From Paraphysomonas bandaiensis (taxonomy: Eukaryota > Protista > Chrysophyceae): 64,000 nucleotides of DNA. Where the stretch lies: assembly GCA_965644295.1 (NCBI GenBank), contig CBFFRP010000352.1, positions 310,001-374,000 on the forward strand, written 5' to 3'. Numbering within the stretch: the first letter of the stretch is position 1; each line of letters starts with the position of its first letter. Made by a program: the position numbers and the translations under genes. Of the stretch, positions 49,969 through 62,875 are shown in pieces. A model generated the notes under the pieces. That model was not told the DNA's origin, did no database searches, and saw nothing but the letters and a program-made list of their open reading frames with translations.

Positions 49969-52900
49969 TCAATTCCTCTTTTTACGCTTTCTTTTACTAT
50001 CAGCAAGTGTTGGTGGGGCGATTTCCAGAGCACTATATATTCTTTTTTGAGGGCGTACATTTTCCTGCGATACACTCATTCCATGCATTGTCTCAAGATC
50101 GCATATTTTTGCTGACACTTCTTGTAGCCTCAATTCAATATTTTCAATATCTTCCATCATCTGTTTTTTACGCTCTATATCAGACTTCAAGTCATCGATA
50201 ACGGCAAGATCTACAAAAATATGAGTCATAATAATATGATTTACAGTGTACGCTATAACAAAAGCATACCACGTGATATCTTTTTGAATTCCTCCAGATG
50301 AAGTGGACTCTGCTCACCAAATACATAATCTAGCCTCTCTGGAGCGTTATCCCCAGGTAGCACAATGCCATTCGCATTGATGCGACTCCCCTCCAATGTA
50401 TATATTGTGGGCATTTCAGTAGTGGGGTCCGTCCTCAACGAGTTCCAATAGTTCCAAGCCTCACTATCGGTGTCCACCAAAATCTTTCCCCGGAAAACAT
50501 GGTAAAAAATGCTATCCCTTAGACCCTCGTGGCAGTCATTCAAGGCAATTATATTTACCTAGACGAAGAGTTTTCGGTCACTGACTTCAAAAAATATGAT
50601 TTTTATACTTACCATGTCGCGAGGATTTCCAGGTATGGATGAATGCGATGTGGAGCGAGGATTCAAGTAGGTTCTGTGATTCAACAAATTAGCACAAAAT
50701 TTCATTCATTACACAGCAGACCTCTCCTCGAAAGTGCTCCGAAAGACGCGGTTAAGCGGCCAGAACTTAATATTCGAATACCGCCGAAACGCTGAGTACA
50801 GTTCGGGTGATTGGTCTTCGACAACAAGAGCATCCATGTACTCCTGGGCTGCCCAAGACATTATGAATGCTGTTCGCTCACACCCATTGACAAATCCAAG
50901 GTCCACAACCTGTCCTTGTACTAGATGTCGAACAGAATCTGGAATGTCAATCACACTAGACTTCTTCACCTCCCTCAGGCTACCACATGCACGCTCCATG
51001 TCTAATTTCTTTTCTCGCAGGAAAATTTCAAACGCAGGAATCTGCATGATATTATGAGTACATAATTTGTCTAAATCATAATCCAACTGTACGCACATCG
51101 GACTGACTGAGTTGACTGAATTCGTGGAAACGTGTTTCGCTTAAGCAATTCTGTATGGAGTCACCAATAACCCGACACTCATCGCGCAGGCGGGATATCT
51201 CGTCACAGAGATTCGCCCGCTGGCATACGAGGGGCTGTGTGTCATCTTTGAATTTCCTCTCTCTGAGTGCGCGACCTTCATCAGTGGTAAAGTTGCAGAG
51301 AAACGAATATGGCTCGACGCCAGGTACAGGATTCGCATCATGCTTGCTAACGAGAGTAAATCGCACCTGCAATCGTCCATCCCCTCCAGCATCACTTGCA
51401 CTACAACTTTCATCTAGTTGAACATTAGGAAAAACAAACACTCTATCCGAAACCCGTTGGCCCACCAATCCGCTTGCCATGGAGACGGAGTCTTGAGGAA
51501 CGAGTAAGCTAGGAACACGAGCATCTGGTGAGTGGTCCACACTTCCGTCATCTAATAGGCGAAACAGATGACACACCACTGTCACTTCATGGGTAAACTC
51601 TGCGTCATTTTCGTATTCATCCTTTAGGTGTATTTTCAGATTTTTCACAATTACAGAGCCCTCATTGGAATTGCTAATACATAAGTTGTCAACTTGATGA
51701 CTCACTTCTCGACTCACATCAAGCTTTATTCCTGGCCCGGGATGGCACACGATCACTACGTGACCATCACACTGCACAAACATGAAGTCAATAGCATTCG
51801 AATAAATAATTTTGATACCTCTTGTTGAAGCAAATGGTTGCCTTTGATATGCGGACGCGATTCCGTATAATGAAAATGTATGCAGTATTTGCCGCTAACC
51901 GTGATATCAACACCTGGATAAAGTACCGCACCATCCTGAATCTCTGCGCCGGCCATCATATGCTCCACGTTGATAATAGAGGTCGATAACTTTTTCCTGC
52001 CGTCGCGGTGCTCTACCCTAATATCGATGTCCGTTGTATCGATATTCGCCGGTTTATCATCCTCGGTCTTCATATTCAAACAAATTCGAAACTTCTGACC
52101 ACAGGTTACCTCCGTGTACTCAGTAGGTACATATGTCCGCCTCTGATTATACGTGGACAATATATGCACTTCTGGTTCCAATGCAACAACCATATTTTGC
52201 TTGATCAAATAAAACTCAATATTGGCAGCTTCTATGTCCTTTTTCACATTATCGACAGAAAACTTGCCAGATACTTTGGCCCTCACTGTCGTAATATTTA
52301 ACAGCTGTGCACTCTTCAACGATTGATATAACCTTTTCACATTAATTTCAGCACGCATTCTACAAGATTTCGGATTTTTCTTGCTGAAAAGTCTGCACTC
52401 CTCTTCTTCATCCTCTTCTTCACCAAATTGGGCATCAATATTGACACCTGTGATTTTGACATTGCGAAGGCTGGCAATATTGTCCTGACCATCCACCAAT
52501 AAGATCTCTATGTCAGATGGTGCGGCAGCCGATGTCAGAGGTATCCCTAGTAGTTCATTCGATGGCTGTGATTCTTTTCCTAATATTGATTCACAGCGTA
52601 GGAGGATTTTCTCCGGACGGCCTACATTTAGAGTTATTTTCTTGGTGTAAGGCTCGTAGATGTTGTCAATGTCGGAAACAGATACCCACAAAGGACAAGG
52701 AGCTCGAGAAGAGGACAAATAACTTCCCTCCTTAGGGACAAAGCGCAACTCATCTTCACTTTGAATCAGGTCAATTGTTGAAATCTCAACGTCCACGTTT
52801 TCATCTCGATCCTCTTCGGTCCACCTCACGGACAAAATGGGACTGGCATTTTTGCCACAACGTACCTTATTACCGAAGGAGTCAACCACACATACACCTA

Positions 52901-55900
52901 CATTTATCTCACTCACAATGAAACTTCCGCAACCCAGCTCACATACCTTTTATTTTTTTCGCGAAATCCTCAGGGCAAGACGATATCACGCCAATGTCGT
53001 CATTATCAGATAAAATACTCCACTTTACAGCATCCCCAGGCACCACATTTATCGAGAAGTCACTTTGAAGACAGGTGGTACCATCAACAAGGCATTCTAC
53101 ATCGAAGGACTGTGGACCAACGTCAGTAGGCAGCTGCGTGATAAGGTAAAGTGCTGTAACATTGGAAAAAAATGACGTATATTACCTCAATATCGGGAAG
53201 AATCAACGACTGCATATATTCTTGAGTGGCAGTTGTTCTTCTTTTTCGATTTTTTTTCGAAGGGCGTCTAGAGTGATCCCATGACGCACGAATATTCGGC
53301 ACGTTATCACTATCTGATGGTTCCCATACCTCTTCACACTCATCAGTTATATATAACCGCAGGTCAGTTACAATGGATCCAGCACAGAGTTCCCATGGGT
53401 CAGGCAATGAGCGACCACAGTACAATACCTACGACCATAATAGGGTCAGCTATATAGAGGTTCACACTAGTTGTATCACACCTCCATCGACTTCGGTTTG
53501 TGTCCAGGGCTCACCAGCAATAGAAGTTGTGTTTTCGGAGGAGTGGACTGGCTAATTTCAACTCCGTCCTCTCCAACCCATTCCAAGTATAACTCCTGGA
53601 TTACTTCCATTGCTGAGCAAGAAATCTCCTCCTCGACATCAACACGAACATGTGATAGAGTTGCCACTCCATGGACAGCAGAAACGGGGAAATCATGATC
53701 AGCATGAAGAGGCCCTTCGGTCAGTCTCACTATCCATCGTGAGTCTCCCATGGGTCCAGTCCGATTGCCATTACTGTCAAAACACACTACAGATAATGGC
53801 GACAGTGTATCACCATTTCGAACAGAGAGTACTCTATCTTCCAAGTCCGTGACAGCTATGCGCTTCGGAAATCCTGGCACGAAACACATTTTGAAAGTTT
53901 CAGACACCAATACATCGTTTTGTGAAAAGTCAGCAGTAACCTCCACCTCTTTCTTTGACACTTGATCACGTGAAATAAATGGTTCATTATCTGTGGTCTC
54001 TACGAGCCACTTATTCACCTCAAATTCAAGAGCAGTCTCATTCGATTTTAACTACAGTGCAGACATAAGATGAGTAACCTATGCAAATAAAAAGAGCTGC
54101 ATACATGAAATGTGTGATCGTAATTGTCTCCACAGGATATGCTTAGGTTTTCAGCGCGAAGCCGAAGAGAAAAATCACCAGTTATACTTGTAGCATTATC
54201 TTGAGAGTCAAAAAACTCTACGGTAAACCCAGGAAGGTATGAGTCGAGTTGTACTGCTGGAAAATGAGTGTCACTAATCTTTATTTTGTTTACGACGCCC
54301 GCAGACACCTGCATACGCATCTTCGTTGGCACACAAGCTACGTATACGAAATAGCTCACCTGCGCACTAAATTCCTCGAAGTGTACTATCTCATTATCAT
54401 CAAGGACTTCAACAACCATTGTGTGTTTACCTGCCTTGTTCAGGCAGATATCATGAAACACATAGTATTGGGCCTGAGTACAAATAGGAACACTTACTAA
54501 ACAAGCGACTACTGGGCGTAATCAAAGCATCACAAACCTACCTTCCCATGCCCTGATGATATGAATTTAATACTGCCATCGCGATGTTCAGACTTCTCAC
54601 TGCAGTTTCTGCAGATACCGTGATCCGTGTTTAAGCTTTTCGTTATCAGTCGAACAGAATATTTGCGGTTGGCAGCCTCGGGCCTCCCAGGGTATTCAGT
54701 GATGATATTGTTTTTGGCATTTCGTATAGAGACAGCTATGTAATCCACTTTCATGCCGACGTTGAATGAAATATTTTTATGAATACGCTCGCACTTCGTC
54801 TGGCGATAAACTTCCACAGCTACTTTACTCGGTTGATATTCTTTAACCAAATCTTCAAGGTCTTTGACGGATATCTATATTTCATACAACAGTAAGTACA
54901 CGATAGGGCTATTCTATAGCATCGGAAGAACACATACAAACGAACCCACCCATTCGACTCCTGAAAAATCAATATGTATAAGTGAAACGACCAATTCGTT
55001 AGCATTGGATTTGCCATACAACTCCTCGGGGAGTTGTGAAAACAGTAAATACCCGCGACCAAAGCCCTCGTCCTGTTCAAAATAATATAAAATGAAAGCA
55101 TATCTTCAAATTATACTGTATATAAGTTCAGTTTAAATACTAAATATTACCCGCGTATCATGAGTCGTTGGCGAGCTCACAATGAACCCCTCTACCCTTG
55201 CATATACCGTTACAGCTTTTCCTTTTTTGTCGTTCTTCCTCAAACTGAGTTTCAATACATCCCCTCCTTTAACCGCGACCGCTCCAGACCCTATATACAT
55301 GTCATATATGCATTGGATATAGGATTCGCGTGTGATATCGCACCGTAACCATACTGGACCGAATTGTATACAGCTATATCATTCACTTCAGTTTCGGATG
55401 CAGTTTTACGGAAAAACAATCTGCGTGATTTAAGAGCTTCCATCGCCTTTTTTATTCTCTTACTGTCACGCACTCGGTCCGTATACACAAACTCTTGATC
55501 ATATTTTTTGTGGCACACCTTTAGCCATGACTTGAACCTATCTTTAGCATTTTTGGGCGATGACGTGATATCCTTCGAAATTTGTCGATCATTTATCCAC
55601 CTGTCTAAATCTGGGTCTACTTGAATCTTTAGCTTATTATTGGCGATATTGACAAAGTTCGAATCAAAAAATAAAAAACCCTTCAGTCGATTAATCCAGT
55701 TATGTGAGATATCCATAGATTCACATTTGTAAATTGTCTTAGCGCCCGGGAAGAAGCTTAGCTTCGAGACTACAGTCTCAGGCACAAGTCGATTTTGCCA
55801 GTACACCCGGAAGACTGGCTCAGGAGTTACGTCTTCAGTAAGATCAATGATATCAAACTGCTCATCCGTACTCTGCCCCCCCAACAAAATATTGGTCGGG

Positions 55901-57372
55901 GGAAGTGTCTCTTCCCCACGCTGGCAAGGAAAGTACAATAACACTCCCTTTATTTCGACTCTTTGAGCGGTGCTGCCAGTGTGGGCTTGTGACTTCACGC
56001 ACAATAATTAGCACTTAATATATTGAAATATACATCAATTCATATACCCATGCTACCATAAAACACCTACCCATATTGAATTTTCTATATTATTTGCCCT
56101 TCTGCTCCTTGAGTCCTTAACTGGATTAGGGTCAGGTACACTCAATGAAAACCGAAAGAAATCGGAAGCTTTTTCAAAGTATCTATACATAGTAGATAAG
56201 ATAGTTACGACTCGCAGCAACATCGAGATAGATACCTCGAATTAACATCGTTTACTTCATTCAGTTTGATATGAATAACTTCTTGTCCGCCGACAAAAAC
56301 AAATAACGAAATGCACAGGGGCGTGGAAGGGCAGTTTGATATCTCCCTGCTCGAATACAAAATATTAATACACGCGCATAATAAAAATGAAAAATATCCA
56401 CTTGTATATGGAGAGGAATCACTAAACAATGGAACACTTACGGTCTACTATTCTGAGCATCATATAGATGCTCTGGGTGCAGATGAAAGTGATAGATGTC
56501 TGCTAACTGCATTCCTAAATCGCGATACTTGCCGTCTTTCTGAAGCCTTTTCACGGTCCTGTGATATAAAACTTATACTAAAGCCACTAAATATATATAT
56601 CATATCAAAGGCGCTTACGTTGATGTAAGTCGAATAGCAATAATTGTGAAGCTGCTATCTGACTCCTCGTAGTTCCTTCTGCACTCTTGTAAGCATCTAG
56701 GATATCCTTTATTTTCCGTAGTCATATCCCACTGAGGACTGCTATCACTTCGGGATCTCTGTAGCAGATCACTCTCATACACCTAAAGTGCAATTACGAC
56801 AAGAGAAAGCACGCCGGGACGAGATCACTGAACCCCGAGATATATGCGAAACACACCTCTTCATTTCTTTGAAACCTCTCATGCAGCTCGTTCTCATCTA
56901 AAACAAGCTCCAAGATTTCGGAACACGTATCACTTCTGGTAGTTACATGCAATCTATCGCCTAAAAAGAATCCAGCTTGCTTTGCTCCAACACCAAACCT
57001 CGATATGTTGCAGCTACTGGAATCCGTGTTTCCCAATCCTGTAGACTCTATATCTGCGGAATAAGTGGCAAATTTCTCTATTTCCTCCACAGTCATCCCT
57101 TTTCCATTGTCGACAATCATGATGTAACTGGGAAAGTTCTTATAGAATTCAAGGCTCATATAAATTTCAATGTTACGAGATGTCGGATGCGACTTAGTGG
57201 CTTGAATCGAGTTATCGATAAACTCAGCCAAACCATCTGCCACCCCTGAGACATGTGCTTAATACTTAAGACACTCAACATCACATCACTTACTTGAGAA
57301 ATGAGATCTTCCAGATGATGTGAGTGTAGTGTAGTGCGGTGTGTGTTTGATCCCTATATGCTCTACTGGCAT
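49969..57372 (-). CDS. SMCHD1: SMCHD1-like protein: GHKL ATPase, long beta-rich middle region, coiled coil + SMC hinge; multi-exon, start uncertain
   Basis: PHYTTLTSSG..LAEFIDNSIQAT, IVDNGKGMT, ISRFGVGAKQAGFFLG, VYWQNRLVP, hinge GQVVDLGFV..MDALVV..FWPL..PTIYTLEGSRINANG..APERLDYVFG. Confidence 0.85.
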
Positions 57373-57837
57373 CGATGTTGTTGTTTCCTGCAGTACTAGA
57401 TATACCCGTACAAATAAACAACTATAGTACCCCTTGAGCTAAATGATATGAACGCTTCTCAATTCAAGTGTATGGAATACATATGCGGGGTGTGTGCATG
57501 TCAGCTTGGCTCGGCACTCAGTGAAGTAAAGTGTACAAACTGAAAACTCTCCTCTGCAGTGGACACGGAGGATATGTGCCAATTTCTGGAACACAGCGGA
57601 CTACTGTACAATACCGGTATACGGCACACTGTATACTGCTGTACCAAAATAAAATAGTGTTGTATTAAAAACTACGGAAGGAAATACGGGATATACCGTA
57701 TACTGTATGTATACAGTGATGGGACACTGCAACATCCACGAGCAGTGTGTGTGTACAGCACCTTGTGAACACTCAATGGCTTCAAGGAATAACTTTGAGG
57801 TGGTAGTGATGGACAATCAATAAGATTCCTCATAGAT

Positions 57838-59811
57838 ATGGAAGGAAGACTCCTCAATGAGCAGTCAGAGATTGCGCATGAGTTTGGCGCCCTCAACACA
57901 TTGCTCTTGGTCGTTGTTCTTGGACTATGCATACTTAGTGCCTATCTTATTAAGCAGCACAACTTCTACTATCTTCCCGAGTCTGCGGCCGCTATTCTTG
58001 TTGGGATAGTTGTTGGAGGTAGTGATCCTACTGTTTGTACTGAGTTCACTAATGTTTCCGCAGGGTTAGCACGTATAGTTTATCCGAGTGAGGAAGAATT
58101 AGAATTTCTTACATTTGAACCGGAATTGTTTTTTTTCTTGCTCCTTCCTCCTATTATATTTGAGGCCGGGTATACGCTGAAGAAAAAGGAGTTTTTTGCT
58201 AATTTTTGGACTATTGCACTCTTTGCTGTTGCAGGGACAATAGTGTCGACTGTAATCATTGGATTTCTTGTTTATCTTATGGGTTTAATAGGTGTAGCCT
58301 CTGTTGATACATCCAATCCTATGGAGGCGATGCTCTTCGGTGCACTTATATCAGCTGTTGATCCTGTTGCTACGCTATCCATTATGGGGAACCCGAAGCT
58401 AAATTGTGACCCTTTGTTGTACAACCTTGTGTTTGGCGAAAGTGTCCTCAACGATGCTGTTGCGATTGTTTTGTTTAATACCTTTATTGATTTTTACCAA
58501 TCCGGGAACGATTTCTCAGGATCCACTATTCCATCTGTTTTGCTACGATTTACAGTAATATCTCTTGGTTCTGTCTTTGTAGGAATCGTGATAGGACTTG
58601 TATGCTCGTACTTGTGTAAACATACCCAGATGCGTCGGTATCCGGAGTACGAGATATCCATGATTTTTCTCTTTGCGTATGGTAGCTACGCTTTCTCTGA
58701 AGCGTTGAAGCTGTCTGGAATTATGAGTCTCTTTTTTTGTGGTGTAGTTCTCTCGCACTACAATAGCCACAACCTTTCAGCTACCTCCCAAGTAACGGCA
58801 CACAATATATTTAAATGCATGGCTGGCATGTCTGAATTTTTTGTTTATTTGTACATGGGCATGGGTTTTTTTACGGGACGCTTTAGAAACTGGAACTTTG
58901 TGTTTATCATCCTTTGTATCATTTTTTGTCTTCTCTCCCGAGTGTGCAACAGCTTTCCATTTTCATATCTTGCCAACATCTGGCGTGCTCAAAAAATACC
59001 TTTTGAAATGAAATGTGCCATATGGTTTGCTGGACTTCGGGGCGCGATTGCCTTTGCACTGTCTCAAAATATGCCAGGACATAACACTGACTTGTATGTC
59101 TCGACCACTTTGTCTATTGTCATATTCACAACTGTAGTTTGTGGAGGGCTGACGGAGCCTATGTTATCGAAGTTTGGGATGCGCGGACAGCCCCTTCTCG
59201 GTACGGACAGTGAATCTAGATATCAGGTGCGCATTCTATATGTACGACTTATTGCTGTTACTATGTGGGAGTTGTTGTATATGTTATTACTTTTGTGGTC
59301 ATGACCTTATCTGCTTTGTGTAACAGCTTAGTGCACCGTTGGATTCACCTCTGGCTGATGATGAGGAAATAGAGCGTTCGGCAACTGGCGCGCGAAACTT
59401 TTGGTCGAAGTTTGATGCTACCTATATGCAACCTTTCTTTGGGGGTGACGAGGTAGGAAGACTTATTGTACGTACCGCTATATATTCCTTTGGTTTTATG
59501 CGTATTTCTATGCAAAGATGGCAGAAAGTGAACTCGACATCAGCGTAAACTCCCAGCAAAGCCGCCGGCGATCCGATGAAGAGTGGTCCCTCCAGCAGCA
59601 GGAAGAGGGTGGAAGTATTGTAGGATGGGATACTCGCCTTCCATCAGTTCTGAGTAGTAGCTCGAGGGATAGCGCATCATCAGCAACACCTCCTCACCTT
59701 TCACAGCATGGGGTTACAGGAGAAGAACCTATTGCAGTTGGTAGATGTTCAGTGCCTAGAGGATTAGCGAAATACATTCCACCAGGGAGTGCTGCCGATG
59801 TGCAATTGTAG
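57838..59811 (+). CDS. Na+/H+ exchanger, CPA1 family (NHE8/NHX-like)
   Basis: FFFLLLPPIIFEAGY, LISAVDPVATL, LVFGESVLNDAVAIVL, WFAGLRGAIAFAL. Confidence 0.95.
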
Positions 59812-60230
59812 AACCATGTTGTTGGTGACATCTTAGGAAGCTGTCTTTTAGTTGGTGATAATAGACTCGAAAAAGTGGACCATGAATAGAGTAGAATGGT
59901 AAAAGCAGTCGGAAATATCTCCCAATATTATTTTCGAGTTGCTTATGTTAATCACTATCTAATGTTTTAAACACACACACAATGACGGTTTCATGAAGTG
60001 TTACGAAATAAGATGAGATAAACTGAAATGTAGTGATTGTATAGTGTATAGCACATAATAAAAAGATCGTTCCCCAAACGTTTTTAGTTTTGGAGAAAGA
60101 ATTTATCATGCACTCGTGCACGAACGCGTTTTACCCGACAATTAGGGCTTAACCGGAATTTCAGCTTTCTAATACGAAATGTGTTCAGCGCTACTTACTT
60201 ACACAAGCTATGATTTTGAATAATATTAAA

Positions 60231-61342
60231 CAGGTCTGTGTATCAATTAATTGTCAATTAATTGACGCAGGTTGTAGTCAATTATAATTGCATTTATTAC
60301 TTGCTGTCTCAATTTCAATTATTGCAATTAACTGCAATTATATATATAAGTACTAAAATACACTAGTTGCCAATATAGCTACCTCAACTGCCATTTCATT
60401 CCTGAGGCGACGGTTCATGCGTCAAAATGTCGAGGAGTCAATCTCTTGCGCAAACCCGTCATAACAATCTTAGCTCTACTGAACAACCTTTCAACCTTAT
60501 TAGTTGTGGCATGCAAGTGCTTCATGCTGCGGTAACGAGTTTGCTGATTAAGAAGTGCTCGCTTCCGCTGCCTGCTACCATCAATCATTCGGAACTAGAC
60601 TCGCACAGTCAAATCTTATTCATCCTAACCGAGAAAAAATATTTTAATTTAATCTTTTTCCGTCCGAGTTACAGCTTCGTTGCCACATAGAATCCTCAAG
60701 ACTGCTTTTTTGAAAGCAGCGTAATGAATAATAGCAGCATTGTCAAATCGGGTGCCTTATGATGAGTTCGTCTAACAATGTACAAACGTCATGGAGTTAG
60801 GTCAAGCTTGTGATCACCTTACTTCTGTAATTGCAAGGGCACTAGTTAAAGCAATTCCAATTCATCCCGTAATTGCACGAGCTTGACATGCTCACTTAGT
60901 ATTAGACTTAACACGTCGGAACCAAGCTCACATCATCGCAAATGATTAGATAGAAGCAAGTAGCGGCCTATCATGGAAAATGTGGAGCTCCGTTTTCTAC
61001 AGGACAAGTCTCTACAGCAAGCTCTTCGTTAATATCATTTATTTTCTCAAAAAATACTCATGCAATGACTTCTGGTGCTAATTTATCGCTCATATAGCTA
61101 ATTAATTAGATGAATTACTATGTGATATGTGAGATAATGCTATGGATATTATAGCTTTCACCAATCATCGATTTTTTCAATAAAAATGCCGTTTTTTAAC
61201 AACTTTTTACATAAAAAGATGGTATTTTTTGATCAAAAAATAGAAGCAAGCAGGAGTCAATTATAATTGCAATTACGATTTGATGTCCCAATTTCCATTA
61301 TTGCAATTTCAATAATTGACAGTTAATTGATACGCAGCCCTG
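60231..61342 (-). mobile_element. Internally deleted hAT transposon with both TIRs and a perfect 8-bp TSD
   Basis: TIR CAGG(T/G)CTG(T/C)GTATCAATTAA(T/C)TGTCAATTA; TSD ATATTAAA at 60223-60230 and 61343-61350; remnant ATTNKVERLFSRAKIVMTGLRKRLTPRH. Confidence 0.92.
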
Positions 61343-61503
61343 ATATTAAATGTGCCAAAATGTAATTTCCGACAAAGAATTATTAGTTAGCAGATATTAT
61401 GTCAGCTACATCCTATGGGAAAGCACTAGTACCTAGTTACTAATCCAGTGCAGACACGCAGCCACAATTTGGATTCGAAAGCAAATTTCCCAGCACGCAC
61501 AGT

Positions 61504-62432
61504 TTAGCAGTATAATCCTGTATAGGTGTGAAAATCATACTCAGACCCCATCTCCCAAGGTGTCCCGGTATTAGTGGCGCCGTACGAAGCCATCTTGTTA
61601 TTAAAAGGAAGTTTGAGAGGCTCAACGGATCCGATATTCGAGGCTAAGAACTTGGCATTCGCAGGTAAGGCTTGGAAGGAAGACAAAAAGAACGACAGTC
61701 TTGGAAAATTCGCCAAAGGTAGAGCGCTGTTTGTAAATGTAGCCAAAGAGGTGTATTGTAACAGCATTTCATATAGGTGGAAGTCAGGTGCCGTAGCTTT
61801 GTCCCCTACAAGGAAAGTTCCGCTGAATCCACGTTCCGTAACAGCACGTTCCAACCAAAGCTCGAGCTTTTGAAGAACACCATTCTTTCCAGTGACGTTG
61901 TCAAGGACAGCCTGAGCTGCACTAATCTCAAGGGGACCGTTGCAATAAGCAAATTTAACCATTGTATTCCTCAGATCCATAATCTGAATACAGATATCAC
62001 ACAAAAAGTACTACATGAGAGGAACATCAATCCAACCTCACACAACAACTGCTCGCACTCAATGGCTTCATCCTCAGTCGATCCCCACATGTCCAGCTTA
62101 CGGCCAAGATAAGAGAAGCATGCATTTGTCTGAGAAATCAACCTATTTCCGTCAATGATGTACGGCAAGTTGATGAGAGGATTCTGCTTTTTCAATTCCT
62201 TTTTGGCAGTAAACCATTCGCTACAATCATATTTACCATCTTCAACTTTGACTGAAAAATATATTATAAGGGTGTCATGTGTCTTATTAAACTGCAGTCA
62301 CGCACCGTCGTACATAACATTGTTCAGTGGTCTCCCAGAATACATCACCATCATTCGCAGTGGGGATGCAAGGCCACGGATACTCCAGTATCCCACTGTG
62401 ATAGGTTCACCTTGTGAAGATTGCTCGGACAT
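61504..62432 (-). CDS. Glutathione S-transferase, mu-class-like (3 exons)
   Basis: VGYWSIRGLASPLR, NPLINLPYIIDG..ISQTNA, FLVGDKATAPDFHLYEML. Confidence 0.92.
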
Positions 62433-62875
62433 CTTGATGAAATATTAAACCCTGATGATAACTATGTGCACAGTGCCATTCATATGCATATGCTCTGAGA
62501 TACATGCACCATACCACCATTCCACATTCCACAAACAGAAATCTAGAAATCTAACAAATATCCAGATATACAACGCACTGTGCAGTATATTCGAACCACA
62601 AATCTAAAATTTGCCGTTTTTTAATGAATGTGTTAAGTTTCAGACAAAAAATAGTATCCAAGATCCTTTTTTTTGTGTGTTGGTGACGGGAACCAATCAA
62701 GTCATCGCCATCACATCAGTGCACTCGTTTTTGAATGGAGCACACACCAAGTGCGTTTGATATGCATGTATTGATGTATTGGGATATATTTATACCAGTC
62801 GTTCAGTGCACTGTGCATACAGGCGTCTAGATAGAATAATCGCCGTAACTAAGGGGTTATATTGTTGGTTTCATA

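Noticed and set aside
2219-58063. Several stop-free 3n introns (e.g. 2219-2266, 2511-2558, 4302-4346, 13173-13220, 27536-27589, 58019-58063)
   Set aside because: With introns this short, the number seen is about what chance would give; not claimed as a system without a genome-wide count
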